A DNA stretch of 64,000 nt from the NCBI GenBank assembly GCA_951406725.2, contig OX597832.1:50530001-50594000 (forward strand). The letters run 5' to 3'. The notes below the pieces were generated by a model, which was given only the letters and a program-made list of their open reading frames with translations, had not been told where the DNA came from and made no database searches. This stretch comes from Octopus vulgaris. Taxonomy: Eukaryota. Both the position numbers and the translations under genes were made by a program. Positions 34,755 to 48,050 of the stretch are shown here, piece by piece (within the stretch, counting starts at the first letter, position 1; each line of letters opens with the position of its first letter).

Positions 34755-37438
34755 GATGGTTTTTAAAAAAAATTTTTTTTTATTTTACCTTTTTTGCCAG
34801 TGGGTGCAGTGAATTAAATCAGTATTTAACTACTGGCTCATTTATCAAGTTTGGTAGTGAGATGTAGTGAAAAACACATCAAGCTAATTCTGCCAGGATT
34901 TAAACATACCGAGGACTGGCTCTTCTCTTCAAGTCAGAAGAAGATACTTTAGCTCCTAACAATTATTGATATTCTTCAAAGCTCAATTGAGGCCCACAAT
35001 GGAGTAGCCATCCTAGACTTTTTTTTTTTTTTTTGCATAAAGTTATTCACAGACATCCTTCAGCCTCTGGCCTACACCATGCTATGTCTCCTCTCTCCTT
35101 TGCCCTTTTCTATCATTTGCCAGAGTAATAAGCTGGCCTCCGTGCCGATGGCATGTAAAAAGCATCATTCAAGAATGATCATTAACTGCGTTACCTTACT
35201 GGCACTTTACCAGTGCTGCTGGACTGGCTCCTGTGCAGGTGGCACGTAAAAAGCACCATTTGAGTGTGGCCGTTGCCAGTACCGCCTGACTGGCTCTCGT
35301 GCCGGTGGCACGTAAAATCACCCATTACATGCTCGGAGTGGTTGGCGTTAGGAAGGGCATCCAGCTGTAGAAACTCTGCCAGATCAGATTGGAGTCCGGT
35401 GTAGCCATCTGGTTCACCAGACCTCAGTCAAATCGTCCAACCCATGCTAGCATGGAAAGCAGACGTTAAACGATGATGATGATGATGATGACCATAATAA
35501 TCTCTGTACTGAGCACTTATTTTATAAACTCTCAAGAAGTCTTGGACACATGCCTGTCTTACTTGTCTCTCCACCCATATTGTGTTCACCTCCAACCCTA
35601 GCCCTTGAACTACTCAGTACACCCAATCCTTCCTTCTCAGAATGTCTTCCCACTGGAAATTCTTCACTGTTCATGTCTTTCTTTCAGGTGTTGACTTATC
35701 AAGATTCAAAGATGACATTAATGATATTAGTCTCACAGGTGCAGGAGAGCCTGCAAAGGCCCCTTCCTCCATACTAAACCATTAAAAAAAAAACCCACTT
35801 CAACCTCTGTGAAGTTATTTTGTTACATTCCTAATAGTTGCAAGCATAGTTGTGTGGTTAAGAAGCTTGCTTCCCAACCATGTGGTCTTGGGTTCAGTCC
35901 CACTGCACAGCACCTTCAGCAAGTTTTCTACTTTAATCCCAAACTGACCAAGGCTTGGTGAATGAACTTTGTAGATGGAAAATGAAAGAAGTGTGTGTGT
36001 GTGTCCTTGTCTAGATAATCGTGATGGTTGTAAACAGGCCTTGTTGTCGTACAAATGAAGTTGTATATTTCAGTCTTCTATGAAAAACAATGTTTAGCAA
36101 AGGGAAAATATTATTGATTGGAAACAGGTGACAGTTGGTGACAGGAAGGGTATCTGGCATCTGACATAGAAAGTCTGTCTCAGCAAATTTCGTCTGACCC
36201 ATACAAACTTGGAAAAGTGAACATTAAATAATGATGATGATGATTATATCCACTTGTATCTAAATTATCAATTTCTTTCAACAAGGCACAATACCTTTTA
36301 GAAAGACAGAGAGAAACTGATTTGATTTCAATATATGACTGGTGCTTATTTTATAAACCTTCCCCAAGAAGGATGGAAAGTGGGGTCAATTTTAGCAAAA
36401 TTTGAACAAATTAGTTGTATTACTGAACTAGCAATGGTATTACAAACAATGTTGACTTAGTAGTTATATTACAACCAATATTGTGTCCTGGTATATGTAT
36501 ATTGACTTTTTATGAATAAACTCAGAAAACCTATATTTTTATGAAAAGTAAAAAAAAAGGGGTGATGAAAATTGTGCATTATTTCTCAATAGGAGTTTTG
36601 TATCTGTGGTGAAATGGCTTTTAAACAGAAAGCTGAAACTTGAAAATGTGTTATACACTTGGCTACACAGTATGGTGTTTTGTTGTGCGGATAGACATCT
36701 TACATCTCTGTACAGTTGATGCAATGATTTAATTGCTGTAGATGGAGAGAAACATGAGAGAGAGAGAGAGAGCGAGAGAGTATTGAAATTAAAACAATTA
36801 TGAATGATCAAAATTATGATCTCCTTTGGTTAAGCATAAGGACTTTGTGAGTAAGAAGTACATGAATACTGATTGGCTGTTTTATTAAGTATAGATGGAA
36901 GGAACGATTTTAGCTTTGATGGGTACCAAACTAGATCCTATAAAGCATCCAGTCTGTTGCTGGTTCCTTAAGCATTTTGAGACAACCTAATGTTTCTTTG
37001 CAGATTATTATTACTGTTTTATATATGATGATGATGATGATGATGGTGGTGATAATGGTTAATACATACAAGGTCATAGTGAATGTGGTAGATGGAGCAC
37101 ATGCATTTTCAGTTGATGTCTTAGTGTGGAACTAGTTTACGGACCTCTTTCCTTTTGAATTATTCAAAGGGAATTTGAAAGGTTACGTTTCAAAAATAAT
37201 TGTAATTTAAATTATCGGTTTACATCTGGCAACTTTCATATCGATAACAACAATCAGACCAACCTTTTTAAATAAAAGAAGACAACAAAAATAGCTGAGA
37301 TTTATCTTCATTTCTAATAAAGAAAAATCTATGAAAGGAGAAAATAAACATGTGTATATATATATATATGTATATGTATGTGTGTATGTATATAAATGAA
37401 TAGGTAATCTTTTTCCTCCCTCATGCAAACAGAAATTA

Positions 37439-38502
37439 TCATGTTCCATCCAGAAGTAATTGAATGGATTCTGTAAATTCTTTAAATGTCTGTATTTTGC
37501 GAGGGATTCGGAGCAGAGATTTATGATTCTGAAACAGCAACTGATCTGAAGTGTTCACAAATTTCACAAACAAAGTTTGTTGTGACAAGCAGTTCACACC
37601 AGTCCACAATTGTAACAAGTTTGCAAGTTCAACTAATGACATTTCCCAAAGTAATTTTTCTAAGTAAGTCTGTAATGTTTTCTCAATTTCCTGGTGAGAT
37701 TCTTCTTGACTAAACTCATACTTGATTAATTTGCAAATTTGAGATGCTTCAGGTGTTAATGTTTTGTATAAATTTTCAACATCGCTTTCAGAACAATCTT
37801 TGAATACTTTATTGCTGCAGTGTTCCATTCCTTTTTTCAGCTTCACAAGTGCCCAGTATGGTTGGTATATAAGGTAACTTCTGGCTATGCTTAACAAAAT
37901 ACCAGGAAGCTGACCAGGTCGGTCTAATTGACAACCGTTAGTCCATAGAAATGCTGATAAATTGGTTTCTAGAGTGGAAGAGAAAGTTGGTTCTCCAATT
38001 TGGGAACGAGATTCCTTTAGGGCTGACATGACAATCCTCTGCTCAAATCCACTGAGGCAATTGGTGAATGATTTCAAAATGAGCTCATCAGAGCAGCCTT
38101 GACAGAGCATGTAGGTGGCTGATGCCACAGCAAACTGGATAGGCCAATAGTTACATAATATTAATCCATGAGCGAGAATGCGGCCGAGAATTTCAAACAT
38201 ATCGTCTTCAGCCTCGGGACTTATGACTGGATAGTATTCTTCGTTTCCGACGAAATTATTGTTGAAAATTTTCTTCCAGAATATACAAAACATGTGACGG
38301 GTTTGAAATGATGGATCGTTCGATAAAGTGAGATTGGGGTCATTGTTAAATGTGACCCGGATGTCATAGTTACAGATGGTATGCTCAGCACGATACAACT
38401 CCAACAGATTTCCAACGATGGACCTTTTATCCATCTTCAAGTTTCTCGTTTCGGAAAGAGTTTGCTTTATGAGGGAAATTCTTTGAAATAATTCAGAATT
38501 TT
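37439..38502 (-). CDS. HECT-like gene terminal exon, degenerate HECT domain
   Basis: ttgcacag acceptor. RVTF...R..F..FW...F.G....P...GRILAHG...WP (N-lobe-like) and LLQLWTG...V.F...LLRIP...F.EF (C-lobe-like). Spliced CDS 3114 nt = 1037 aa. Confidence 0.8.
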
Positions 38503-38819
38503 CTGTGCAAAAGAAAATAAGAGAAATTAAAATTTGAAATTAGACACAACTGGAACATCTAAATATTAAATCAATCAGAGAATAGAAAATAAATGGAACT
38601 AGTGCAAGAGTATAAAGCAAAAGCCTGACAGTAACAACTAAGATGTAAAAAAAAAAATTTAATGGTATGCTGTGTGGTTAAAAAGCTTGCTTTCCAACTG
38701 GGTGGTTTCAGGTTCAGTCCCACTGCCTGGTACATTGAGCAAGTGTCTTCTATAACCTTGTGTCTGTGAAAGCCTCATGAGTGAATTTGGCTGGCAGAAA
38801 CTATGTTGAAGCCCACTGA

Positions 38820-38850
<31 letters not shown>

Positions 38851-38923
38851 ACTTAGGGTATCTACGAGATACCGCCATGCTGAAAATAGCAGCCAGGATC
38901 TGACTCTAAAACCACCTTAAGTG

Positions 38924-38971
<48 letters not shown>

Positions 38972-39395
38972 CTGTGTCTTGGCATGGTTTCTACAGCTGG
39001 ATGCCTTTCCTAATGCCAACCACTTTACAGTGTGTACTGGGTGCTTTTTATGAGGAACTAGCACCAGTTCTTTATATATGGCACCAGCATGGGTGCTTTT
39101 GATGTGACATCAACATGGGGCTTTTTATGTGGCACCAAAACAGAAATTGTTGGGGTAGATTCTTCAATGGTCAGATCGACAAACCTCGCTTATTTCTAAG
39201 CAAGGTAATATTTTCCTATGACTGGACATGTTTTCATAGAACATTGGAAATGAGCACCCAAGGTGCTGCACAGTGGGACTGAACCTAAAACTACACAGTA
39301 GGGAAGCAAGGTTCTTAAACCACACGGCTACATCTGCACCTAACTACATATATTTCATGATTGTTAAACATGGAGAAAATTCAAGCAGTATTTAA

Positions 39396-39616
39396 CCCTT
39401 TAGCATTCAGATTATTCTGTTGATTGTAATGCTTATTAACTTATATTGTTTTGAACTAAACATGCATTTTTGTGTAGCTTCAAGATTTCGATGATGCAAT
39501 TGTTTATTTGTAAGAATGACATTATAGGGTCTGTGGGAGAGGTTGGATCTGGCCAATTTGAACATAAAACAAGTAGGACATTTCAGCCGGATATGGCCGG
39601 TTTAAATGCTAAAGGG
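39396..39616. mobile_element. Second piggyBac-type MITE family (CCCTTTAGCATT..AATGCTAAAGGG)
   Basis: TTAA TSDs and TIRs. A related copy at ~46976-47395 is split by a SINE. Confidence 0.82.
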
Positions 39617-39768
39617 TTAAACATGTATGAAAGATATGAAAAAAAAATAAGAGAATATAAAAGATACTACTTAGGTCTAATTCTCAAAAAGATAATATGA
39701 TATTCTGAAATTCATTATTTTCAAAAGTGGTGGGGAAAAAAGTATCAGGATGATTAATGGATACGTAC

Positions 39769-39835
39769 CAGAATCAAATCTTTGAAATGGTTTGATATCA
39801 CGTTCTGGAGATGGAGGTGATAACTCGTAGGATTC
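39769..39835 (-). CDS. HECT-like gene exon 4 (ESYELSPPSPERDIKPFQRFDS)
   Basis: 67-nt exon, caaag acceptor, G|GTACGT donor. Supplies the required phase 0 to 1 bridge into the last exon. Confidence 0.7.
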
Positions 39836-40853
39836 CTTTGAAGTAGAAAACATGGAATAAATTAATACTTTATTCATCTCTTCCTCCCTAACTCCTGCAG
39901 GTCAACCCTGTCCTCCCTGCCCTGCCATCTGTATCATTGCTATCTTGTTGTCCCGACTCTATACAGCCAGGTTTCACCAGTCACTACCCCGCCCCCTGTT
40001 TTGCATTCAACCTGAACTTTCTACTCTTGTACTCCCAGCAATAATAATCCCATTTATATTCTTGTCCCTTATGTAATAATAATCCCATTTATATTCACAG
40101 CGCCACCATCTCTCTCAATCTTGCTCACTCCTCCTGCTCTCTCTCACTCTCTTCGTCTGACTAGGGTAACCATGTATCCCCTCTACAGCAAACACCTGTT
40201 TCTGCCCCTCTGTTATACTATAACCTCTCACCACCTGGCACAAAGCCACTGCCTCCAATATCATCCCCTCACTCTCAAAAGATCTTGCAAGTTACTTGGT
40301 GACCTTGCAAGTGCTGGCGCTACACGGAAAGTACCCAGTCAACTCTGTAAAGTGGTTGGTGTTCGGAAGGGCATCCAGCCACAAAAACCATGCCGAAACA
40401 AACAATGGATCCTGGTGCAGTTCTCAGGCTTGCCAGCTCCTGTCAACCCATCCAACCCATGCCAGCATGGAAGATAGACACTGGATGATCGTGATGATGA
40501 TGATGATGATGATGATGAATACTAATAATTCTGAAACTGACTTAAGGCCATAAATTTATAGGCATGAATAACCAGTTGAACCCACCCAATAACAAACCTG
40601 TCCCCTATTTTATTCATCATCATCATCATCACCGTCATTTTCATGTTCTCTTTTCCATGCTTGCATGCGTTGGACAGAGTTTATAGAGGCAGATTTTCTA
40701 TAAGCGAATGCATCTTCTTGTTGCCAGACCTCACTAGCTTGCAAGCAAGGTAATATTCCCCCATGGCCAGACATGTTTTCAAAGAATATTGGAAATGAAT
40801 GACGGTAACAGTCATTTATTATTATCATGTGAGGCCACACACATACACACACA

Positions 40854-41068
40854 TGAGGGGATGCTAAAAAGTTCCTGGCTTTGAGTAAAAGAAAATACAG
40901 ATGGATCAGTTAATTATGGTTTTATTCAACAAATTCCCCTTTCAGATTCATACACTTATTGCAGTGGTCCTTCAGTTTTTTGTAGACCAGTAAAAGCACT
41001 TGGAAGGTTGGGCCTCCAACTAGGACTTTCATGATACCTTAAAGCCACTAACTTTTCAGCACCCCTCG
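40854..41068. mobile_element. mariner-type MITE
   Basis: GAGGGGATGCTAAAAAGTT..AACTTTTCAGCACCCCTCG TIRs, TA at the right end. Partial copy at ~41430-41520. Confidence 0.7.
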
Positions 41069-41122
41069 TACACTCACACACGTGTGTGTGTGTGTATTTG
41101 GGAATATATATATACATACATT

Positions 41123-41410
41123 GGAGGCGCAATGGCCCAGTGGTTAGGGCAGCAGACTCGCAGTCGTAGGATTGCGGTTTCGATTCCTAGACCAGGCGTT
41201 GTGAGTGTTTATTGAGCGAAATCACCTAAAACAACACGAGGCTCCGACAGGGGGTGGTGGTGATCCCTGCTGTACTCTTTCGCCACAATTTTGTCTCACT
41301 CTTTCTTCTGTTGGCCTGCTCGCATAGCCAGCGGGGTGGCGTCATTTGAAGGCTAAAACAATGCGAAGCACATTGTGACCAGCGATGCGTAGCAACATCT
41401 GATAGCCTGT
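41123..41410 (+). mobile_element. tRNA-derived SINE family C
   Basis: GGAGGCGCAATGGCCCAGTGGTTAGGGCAGC..GTTTCGATTCC head. Relatives at 10205-10440, 46985-47286(-), 57135-57423(-). Confidence 0.8.
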
Positions 41411-41662
41411 ATGATATATACATACATACAAGGGGGTGCTGTAAAGTTCCTGGCCTTGGGCAAAAGAAAATACAGGAGGACCAGTGAATAACAATTTTAT
41501 CCAACATATTCCCTTACAGGATAAAAGCTCTGCAAGGTTGAAATGCAAGACAAACATTACAAGATTTCAACTTACAGTGTAAATGGATATTACTAACATT
41601 TGTCTGACACTTAATCAATTCTGCCAATTAAATCAATGATAATTTATATTAAGGATAGTTAC

Positions 41663-41878
41663 CTTATGATCATATGTAGCTACTTCATGGTTTGGTGGCA
41701 TGAAAGGAGATTGCTGGGGCGTGGAACCACAGACACTTGGTGATGGTATCATGTTTTCTTCTTCACATTCATTGTTTTCATTAATATTTTCAATGGAATC
41801 ATTGCATAGCTGGACAGGAAAGTCTCCAATACTACTTGGGTTGTGCACAACAGCTGATGGTGGATTTGAAGCTTCAGG
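41663..41878 (-). CDS. HECT-like gene exon 3 (PEASNPP...ATYDHK)
   Basis: 216-nt open exon, tttag acceptor, AAG|GTAACT donor, phase 0/0. Confidence 0.8.
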
Positions 41879-43529
41879 CTAAATAAAAAAAAAATTTTTG
41901 AAAAAATACAAAAGAAGAAATTAAATTAAAAAGTAAGAAAGTTTAATTCATAATTTAGTTTATTAAATTGCTTCACATTTTTGGAGGGTTTTGTAAATTT
42001 TGAAGACAATGTTCCAGCATGGCTGCAGTCAAATGACTGAAATGAATCTTTTCTACTCTAGGCACAAGGCCTGAAATTTTTGGGTAGGGGGCTAGTCAAT
42101 TAGATCGACTCCAGTACGCAACTGGTACTGGAAACACATGTCTAACTGCGGGGGAAATATTACCTTGCTTAGAAACAGGTGAGGATTGGTGACAGGAAGG
42201 TTATTTGACTACAAAACCTGCCTCAACAAATTCCATCTGATCCATGCAAGCATGGGAAAACGGATAATAAACGATGAAGGAGTTTCAACATTTACTCTTT
42301 TACTTGTTTCAGTCATGTGACTGTGGCCATGCTGGAGCACTGCCTCTAGTCAAGTAAACTGATCCAGGACTTATTCTTTGTAAGCCTAGTACTTATTCTA
42401 TCGGTCTGTTTTGCCAAATCACTAAGTTATGGGGACTTAAACACACCAGCATCAGTTGTCAAGCGATGTTGGGGGAACAAACACAGACACACAAATATAT
42501 ACACACACATACATATATATGTATACATATATACGATGGACTTCTTTCAGTTTCCGTCTACCAAATCCACTCACAAGGCTTTGGTCAGCCCGAGGCTATA
42601 GTAGAAGACACTTGCCCAAGGTGCCATGCAGTGGGACTGAACCCGGAACCATGTGGTTCGTAAGCATGCTACTTACCACACAGCCACTCCACACTTTTTA
42701 TTGCAGTAATCTGTTAATCATGAAGTGTGACTTAAGCTTGTTGTCAGCCAGGCAGACTGAGATATGAAAAATTATATGGCCAGCCAAAGGACAGAAAACG
42801 ATGGCAGAGTCTAATTTGAAACTATGAAAATTTAATCAATAATCCAGCACTTTAACTCGACAACCATCATGGCTAACTTCTTAAGTTTTCAGAAAAGTTC
42901 AGGTAAATTTTTAGTACAATGTTAATAATAATATATTTAAATTTATATTTTATTGTAGATAATATCTTTCATTATTAATTGAATTACTTTATGGAGGTTC
43001 TGTCTCTTAATTCTATATATCATCATCATCATCGTTTAACGTCCGTTTTCCGTGCTAGCACGGGTTGGATGGTTTGACCGAGGTCTGGGAAGCCATGAGG
43101 CTGCACCAGGCTTCAGTCTGATCTGGCAGTATTTCTACAGCTGGATGCCCTTCCTAACGCCAACCACTCCGGTACCATGCAAAAGTCTGGCTATTTTAAA
43201 CTATTGTAAATTACTAATTGCCAACTTATAAGTGACTGTTGGCCCTGTTGGAGTCATTTCCATACCTAATCATTATATCTTGTAGTAGGGGTTTGGCAAA
43301 AGAGACCAATAAAATAAGTACTAGGCTTAAGAAATAAGTCCTGGGGGTTGATTCGTTTGACTAAAACCCTTCAACGTGATGCTCCATCTTGGCCACAGTC
43401 AAATGACTAAAACGGGGAAAAGAATAAAACACTTTCATAAAGACATACATTTATGAAGCACAGAAAGCATACATATATTCATAAAGAGACTGCATGATGT
43501 TCATGCCTTTCTCTTGTGTATTAATGCTG

Positions 43530-43929
43530 GGATCTTTTCGGTTTGAATGGCAGTTTTTTTCAGCGGTGTCATATGAAATTGTCACCCATAATTATGACCC
43601 GAGTATCGATCTATTGCATTTCAATCTGTTTTAGGGTTAGGGTTAGGGGTGGGGGGAAGGGTATCTTTTTTTCTTCACAAATGTAAATAAACCCAATCTG
43701 TTTCATACAGCACAGAATGTTTTCACCTCAATAGACGTCATTGATTGGTTGAAATTGCAGAAATTGAAGAAAAAAACAACAACAAATATCTTACAAACTA
43801 TAGAATTTTCTCAATAAAGCCAAGAGAAAAAGATGTTTTATAAACATATTCTACCAGTATACGAAGTTTAAAAGTGTTTAGTTACGTGGAAATTATTTTA
43901 AAAAACTGCCGTTCAAACTGAAAAGATCC
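43530..43929. mobile_element. Same MITE family, copy 3 (intron of the HECT-like gene)
   Basis: TIRs; TSD taatgctg/taaagctg (1 mismatch). Confidence 0.88.
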
Positions 43930-43981
43930 TAAAGCTGTTAAATGAAGTACAAATACAAATAGTGCGACCTTGCAAACTTAC

Positions 43982-44214
43982 GTAGGGCAAAATGATGATC
44001 GTTCCTTGGTATTTAGCATTCTTGATACCACGGGGGGTCTTAGCTTCAATGCGAACCAAATTTCTCTGCCGATCAATTCTATAAAGTTCATAATACTTTC
44101 CCTCAAGTTTCGGATAAATACTTAACAGAAAGCAACGGAAACTTTCTTCATCATGACTGAGACGAATATAAGTCTTCTGAGGTTTGCCTTCAAAGTAGTC
44201 TTTTGCTGGGAAAC
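43982..44214 (-). CDS. HECT-like gene exon 2 (GFPAKDYFEGKPQKTYIRL...YPKLEGKYYELYR...TIIILPY)
   Basis: 233-nt stop-free exon, ttacag acceptor, GTAAGT donor, phase 1/0. Confidence 0.85.
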
Positions 44215-44880
44215 CTGTAAAAGAAAAATTAATTTAGGTCAAGCGATCATCATCACCATCATCATCAACAACAACAACAACATTCATTTTCCATGGGTTG
44301 GATGGTTTGACAGGAGCTGGCAAGCCAGAAGATTGCACCAGGCTTCACTGTTTTTGATATGGCTGGCTGGATGCACTTCTTAATGCCAACCATCTTAAAC
44401 CATCTGACCCATGCCAGCATGGAAAACAGACGTTAAATGATGATGATGATGATGATGATACAAAACAGGAAGAGTATTATTTTCATCATCATTGTTTAAC
44501 GTCTGCCTTCCATGCTGGCATGGGTTGGACGGTTTGACAGGAGCCGGCCAGGTGGGAGACTACACCAAGCTAGAAAAACTACCCTAGCTACCATGTCTGT
44601 TTTGGCATGGCTTTTACTGCTGGATGCTCTTCCTAACACCAACCACCCCATAGAGTGGACTGAGTGCTTTTTATGTGGCACCAGCATAGGTGAGGTCAGT
44701 TTTAGTATGGTATTTTTACATCCAGATGCCCTTCCAAATGCCAACCACTTCACACTCTGGACTGGATGATTTTTATGTGACACCAGCACTGGAAGGGTAA
44801 CCAAGTAACTTGCAAGACAAGAAATTTTTTGAGAGGGGAGGGGGCATTAATTAAAAGAACATAAAAGAAACATTTCTTAC

Positions 44881-46414
44881 CATAACCTTGTTTTTGATAA
44901 TCGAGGACAAGGTCTTGCTCACGAGGATCAGAGGACGTAAAGCGTGGGAGTCGGGCTGTCACATTTGGTAGACAAAAGAAAGCAGTTCTGAAATAATCCT
45001 TCTCTTTGGGACCTCTTTTAGACCTCTCTTTAACAGGACGAGGTCGTGATCGAAGTATGACTGGCTGGGGATACGATCGTCCCTTTTCTCCTTGTATCGG
45101 TCGCTTGTAATAGGCACAATTATTTGAAGAGTTTATATGCACTTCATTGGAAGAAGAGTTCATGGAAGACAGGTTGCATGACATTGAACTGTTGATTGAG
45201 CCCAAACCGCTGTTAATACTACTACCGTTACTACTTCCACCACCACCGCCACTAGTGACAACCATGTCCTCCACTTGGTTCATATTCATCTCATCAGGAA
45301 CTCTTGTTAAAGCTGTATTTCTGGAGATATCCCCTCGCATCATATTCAAAGAGTTCATAGCAGAATCTTCAGAAATTCGGTTAGAAGGAGAACTGACTTG
45401 GTAAGACTCATGGCTCGTTGGCATCCCAGATCCGTAAGAGTCGCTATTAACTGGGGAGGTTACCGAATACGAGTCTCGACCAATAACTGGAGTACTTGTG
45501 TAATTTTCTCGATTTCTTGGTGATGTTATGTTAAAGGAGACCCTAGTAGCAGAGCAATCTGAAGAAAATGAATCTCTTGTCTCAGGACAATTCCCACTCA
45601 TGTTGTCTCGGTTGACGTTAAATGTATCCCTATTCATAGCAGGATTATTGGGATACGTTTCTCGGTTGACAGGAGAAGCAGCAGAAAACGTGTCTCTATT
45701 TACTGGCGGCATTACAGTTAACATTTCCCGGTTGGTCGCTGGGGATGATGAGAGTGAATTTCCAGATGATGTTGCAGGATAGGACTCCCTGTTGACTGCG
45801 GATGACATTGTAAAGGAATCTCGGTTGACAGAAGAAGCTGTGGTGAATGTGTCGTGATTCATAGGTGAGTTGATAGGATAAGAGTTGGCAGTTGTCACGT
45901 TAAATGTATCCCTGCTGATGGGGAAATTGTCTCTGTTGATAGGAGAGAAGTTTTCTTGATCCATAACAGGGGACATTACGTTAAAAGAATCTCTGTTGAT
46001 TGGGGATGCTACTGGAATCATGTCTTTGTTTGAAGTATTGTTCAGCGACATCATCTCATTAGCCCTAGGAACTGAACTCTTTGTATTTGCGATGTTCCCT
46101 TGAAGTGATGAAGCATTTACACTGTAAGTATTATTCATGTGATTTGATGAAGTGTTCTGAGAGATAGGCACTGGTGAAGCTTGTGTTTGAAACATGCTAG
46201 AGGTGCTGTTGTCTGGTTGATGAGATGGCAGTTGTTTTGCTGGGTGTGATTGCAGAGACGTTGGTATGGCAAGGGTTTCACTAGTGCTATTCATCAATAG
46301 TTGGGTAGCCAGTTCTGTAAGAGGGTTTTGGTTTCCTGTATTGTTGACGCGAGAGTTGTTCTGCTGAGCTAAGAAAGTAGCCAGCTTCAACATTACTTTT
46401 GTATTGTCATCCAT
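44881..46414 (-). CDS. HECT-like domain protein, coding exon 1 (511 codons + 1 nt; S/N/T/P-rich with 12-aa repeats)
   Basis: Acceptor tttctttccag at 46460, in-frame upstream TGA before the ATG at 46414, donor G|GTAAG at 44880. The last ~40 aa of the ORF-track translation are intronic. Confidence 0.85.
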
Positions 46415-47828
46415 TTTTAATTTTAATCTTCCCCTTGAAATTCAAATCAGTTTTCTCGTCTGGAAAGAAAAAATGATTTCAAAATTATTTATGATTTTAT
46501 ACAAAAACATGTGTGTGTGGGGAGGTTAAGTTAATTACATGACAGGACAAACCATTAACTATTTTAATGAAAAACCATTCATATATTTTAATGGACCATC
46601 AGATTAATCAATGGTATGGCACAGAGTGTGCTGACTACACAGGATAGTCACTTTATATGTGTGTTTGCCATGGTAGAAGGTATGTTACATTTAAGTAGGC
46701 AGGAGGCAACTAATTTGGCTACTACTGAGGGTAACCAAAACCCATGCTACCTCACTGAGATGAGTGCAGAAGGGGAAGATATTAATTTTTCTATGCTAAG
46801 GGTAAAACACATGGAGTCTAACTAGGGTTTTTGTCTACACGTGCTACATGTGTAAACTCTCTCCAAAATAGAAGGCATGACAATTAAAACCTTGCTTTTA
46901 AATTAAGGTTCAATTGATTTAAATATGGGTTTTATTTGCTGCTTGCATATTACAGTTTATCTTCTGATATCTAACCCTTTAACATTCAAGTTCCTTCTTG
47001 AGCCATGCCTGGCTCATCAGGGCTGATTTCCCAGTTTCCTTGGCGTATAGGTTCCCCACCTGTATGGGACGCCGGTCTGTCGCAGGTGAGCTGCAAGATG
47101 CAGGAGGAAAGAGTGAGAGAAAGTTGTGGCGAAAGAGTCAGCAGAAGTTCGCCATTACCTTCTGTCCGAACCGCGTGGAGCTCAGCTGTTTCGCTCATAA
47201 ACACACACATCGCCCAGTCTGAGATTTGAACTCGCGATCCCTCGACCGCGAGTCTGCTGCTCTAACCACTAGGCCATGTGCCTCCAATCTGTCTAATGCA
47301 CTGCTTATTTATTCACGTTGTTTAGAGTTAATCATGTATTATCTTCTAGCTTCAAGATTTCAATGATGTATTTGCTTATTTGTAGAATGACATATCACCT
47401 GGTCTATGAATCAAAACCACAATTTCATGATCATGAGTGCAGCGTCCTAACCAGTAACCCATGCGCCTTCACCATCTGAGACTGTGGCACCTTGGGCAAG
47501 TGTCTTCTTGAGGAATCTATCTTGTGATTCTTTCCTGCAACATTTTACTCACATGTCCGTTAGTACTGGCATTGTGATCTCTCAATGCGGAGAAGTTGCA
47601 GTTTGATCTGGAGAGACTCCCTGATCTCGGAGTTCCACATCATGTTACATTACTCTAGACATCCTTCAGAGGAACCCCATTTCGAAGTAACACCAACTAA
47701 AATTAATCATGCTCACAAGAAATGAATTAATGCCACAACATGATACTACAAATACAAATGTAAAACAGCAATTTGCAATTAAAAACAACTTTTAATTGGT
47801 GTCGAATTTTCTATCTTACAATGCTTAA

Positions 47829-48050
47829 CCCTTTCATTACTAACCCGGGCCAAAACCGGCTCTGGCTCTGTAGTACAAATGTCTTGTTTTCATAAGTTTT
47901 GAGTTAAAATATACCACCAAACCTTGGTCGCAATTTATGTTCCTAACACTAGCTTAATGATAACTAAGTTATTTTACTAAATTCTTTGTTATATTTAAAA
48001 TAATTGAATGAAACATAGAGCATCTCAAAATAAATACAGTAATGAAAAGG
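47829..48050. mobile_element. piggyBac-type MITE, opposite orientation
   Basis: Reverse complement of 6315-6535; left TTAA intact. Confidence 0.8.

Noticed and set aside
44750-44880. C-terminal part of the 554-aa ORF (KKCFFYVLL...)
   Set aside because: It lies beyond a strong GTAAG donor and runs into an RTE-tail repeat, so it is intronic read-through.
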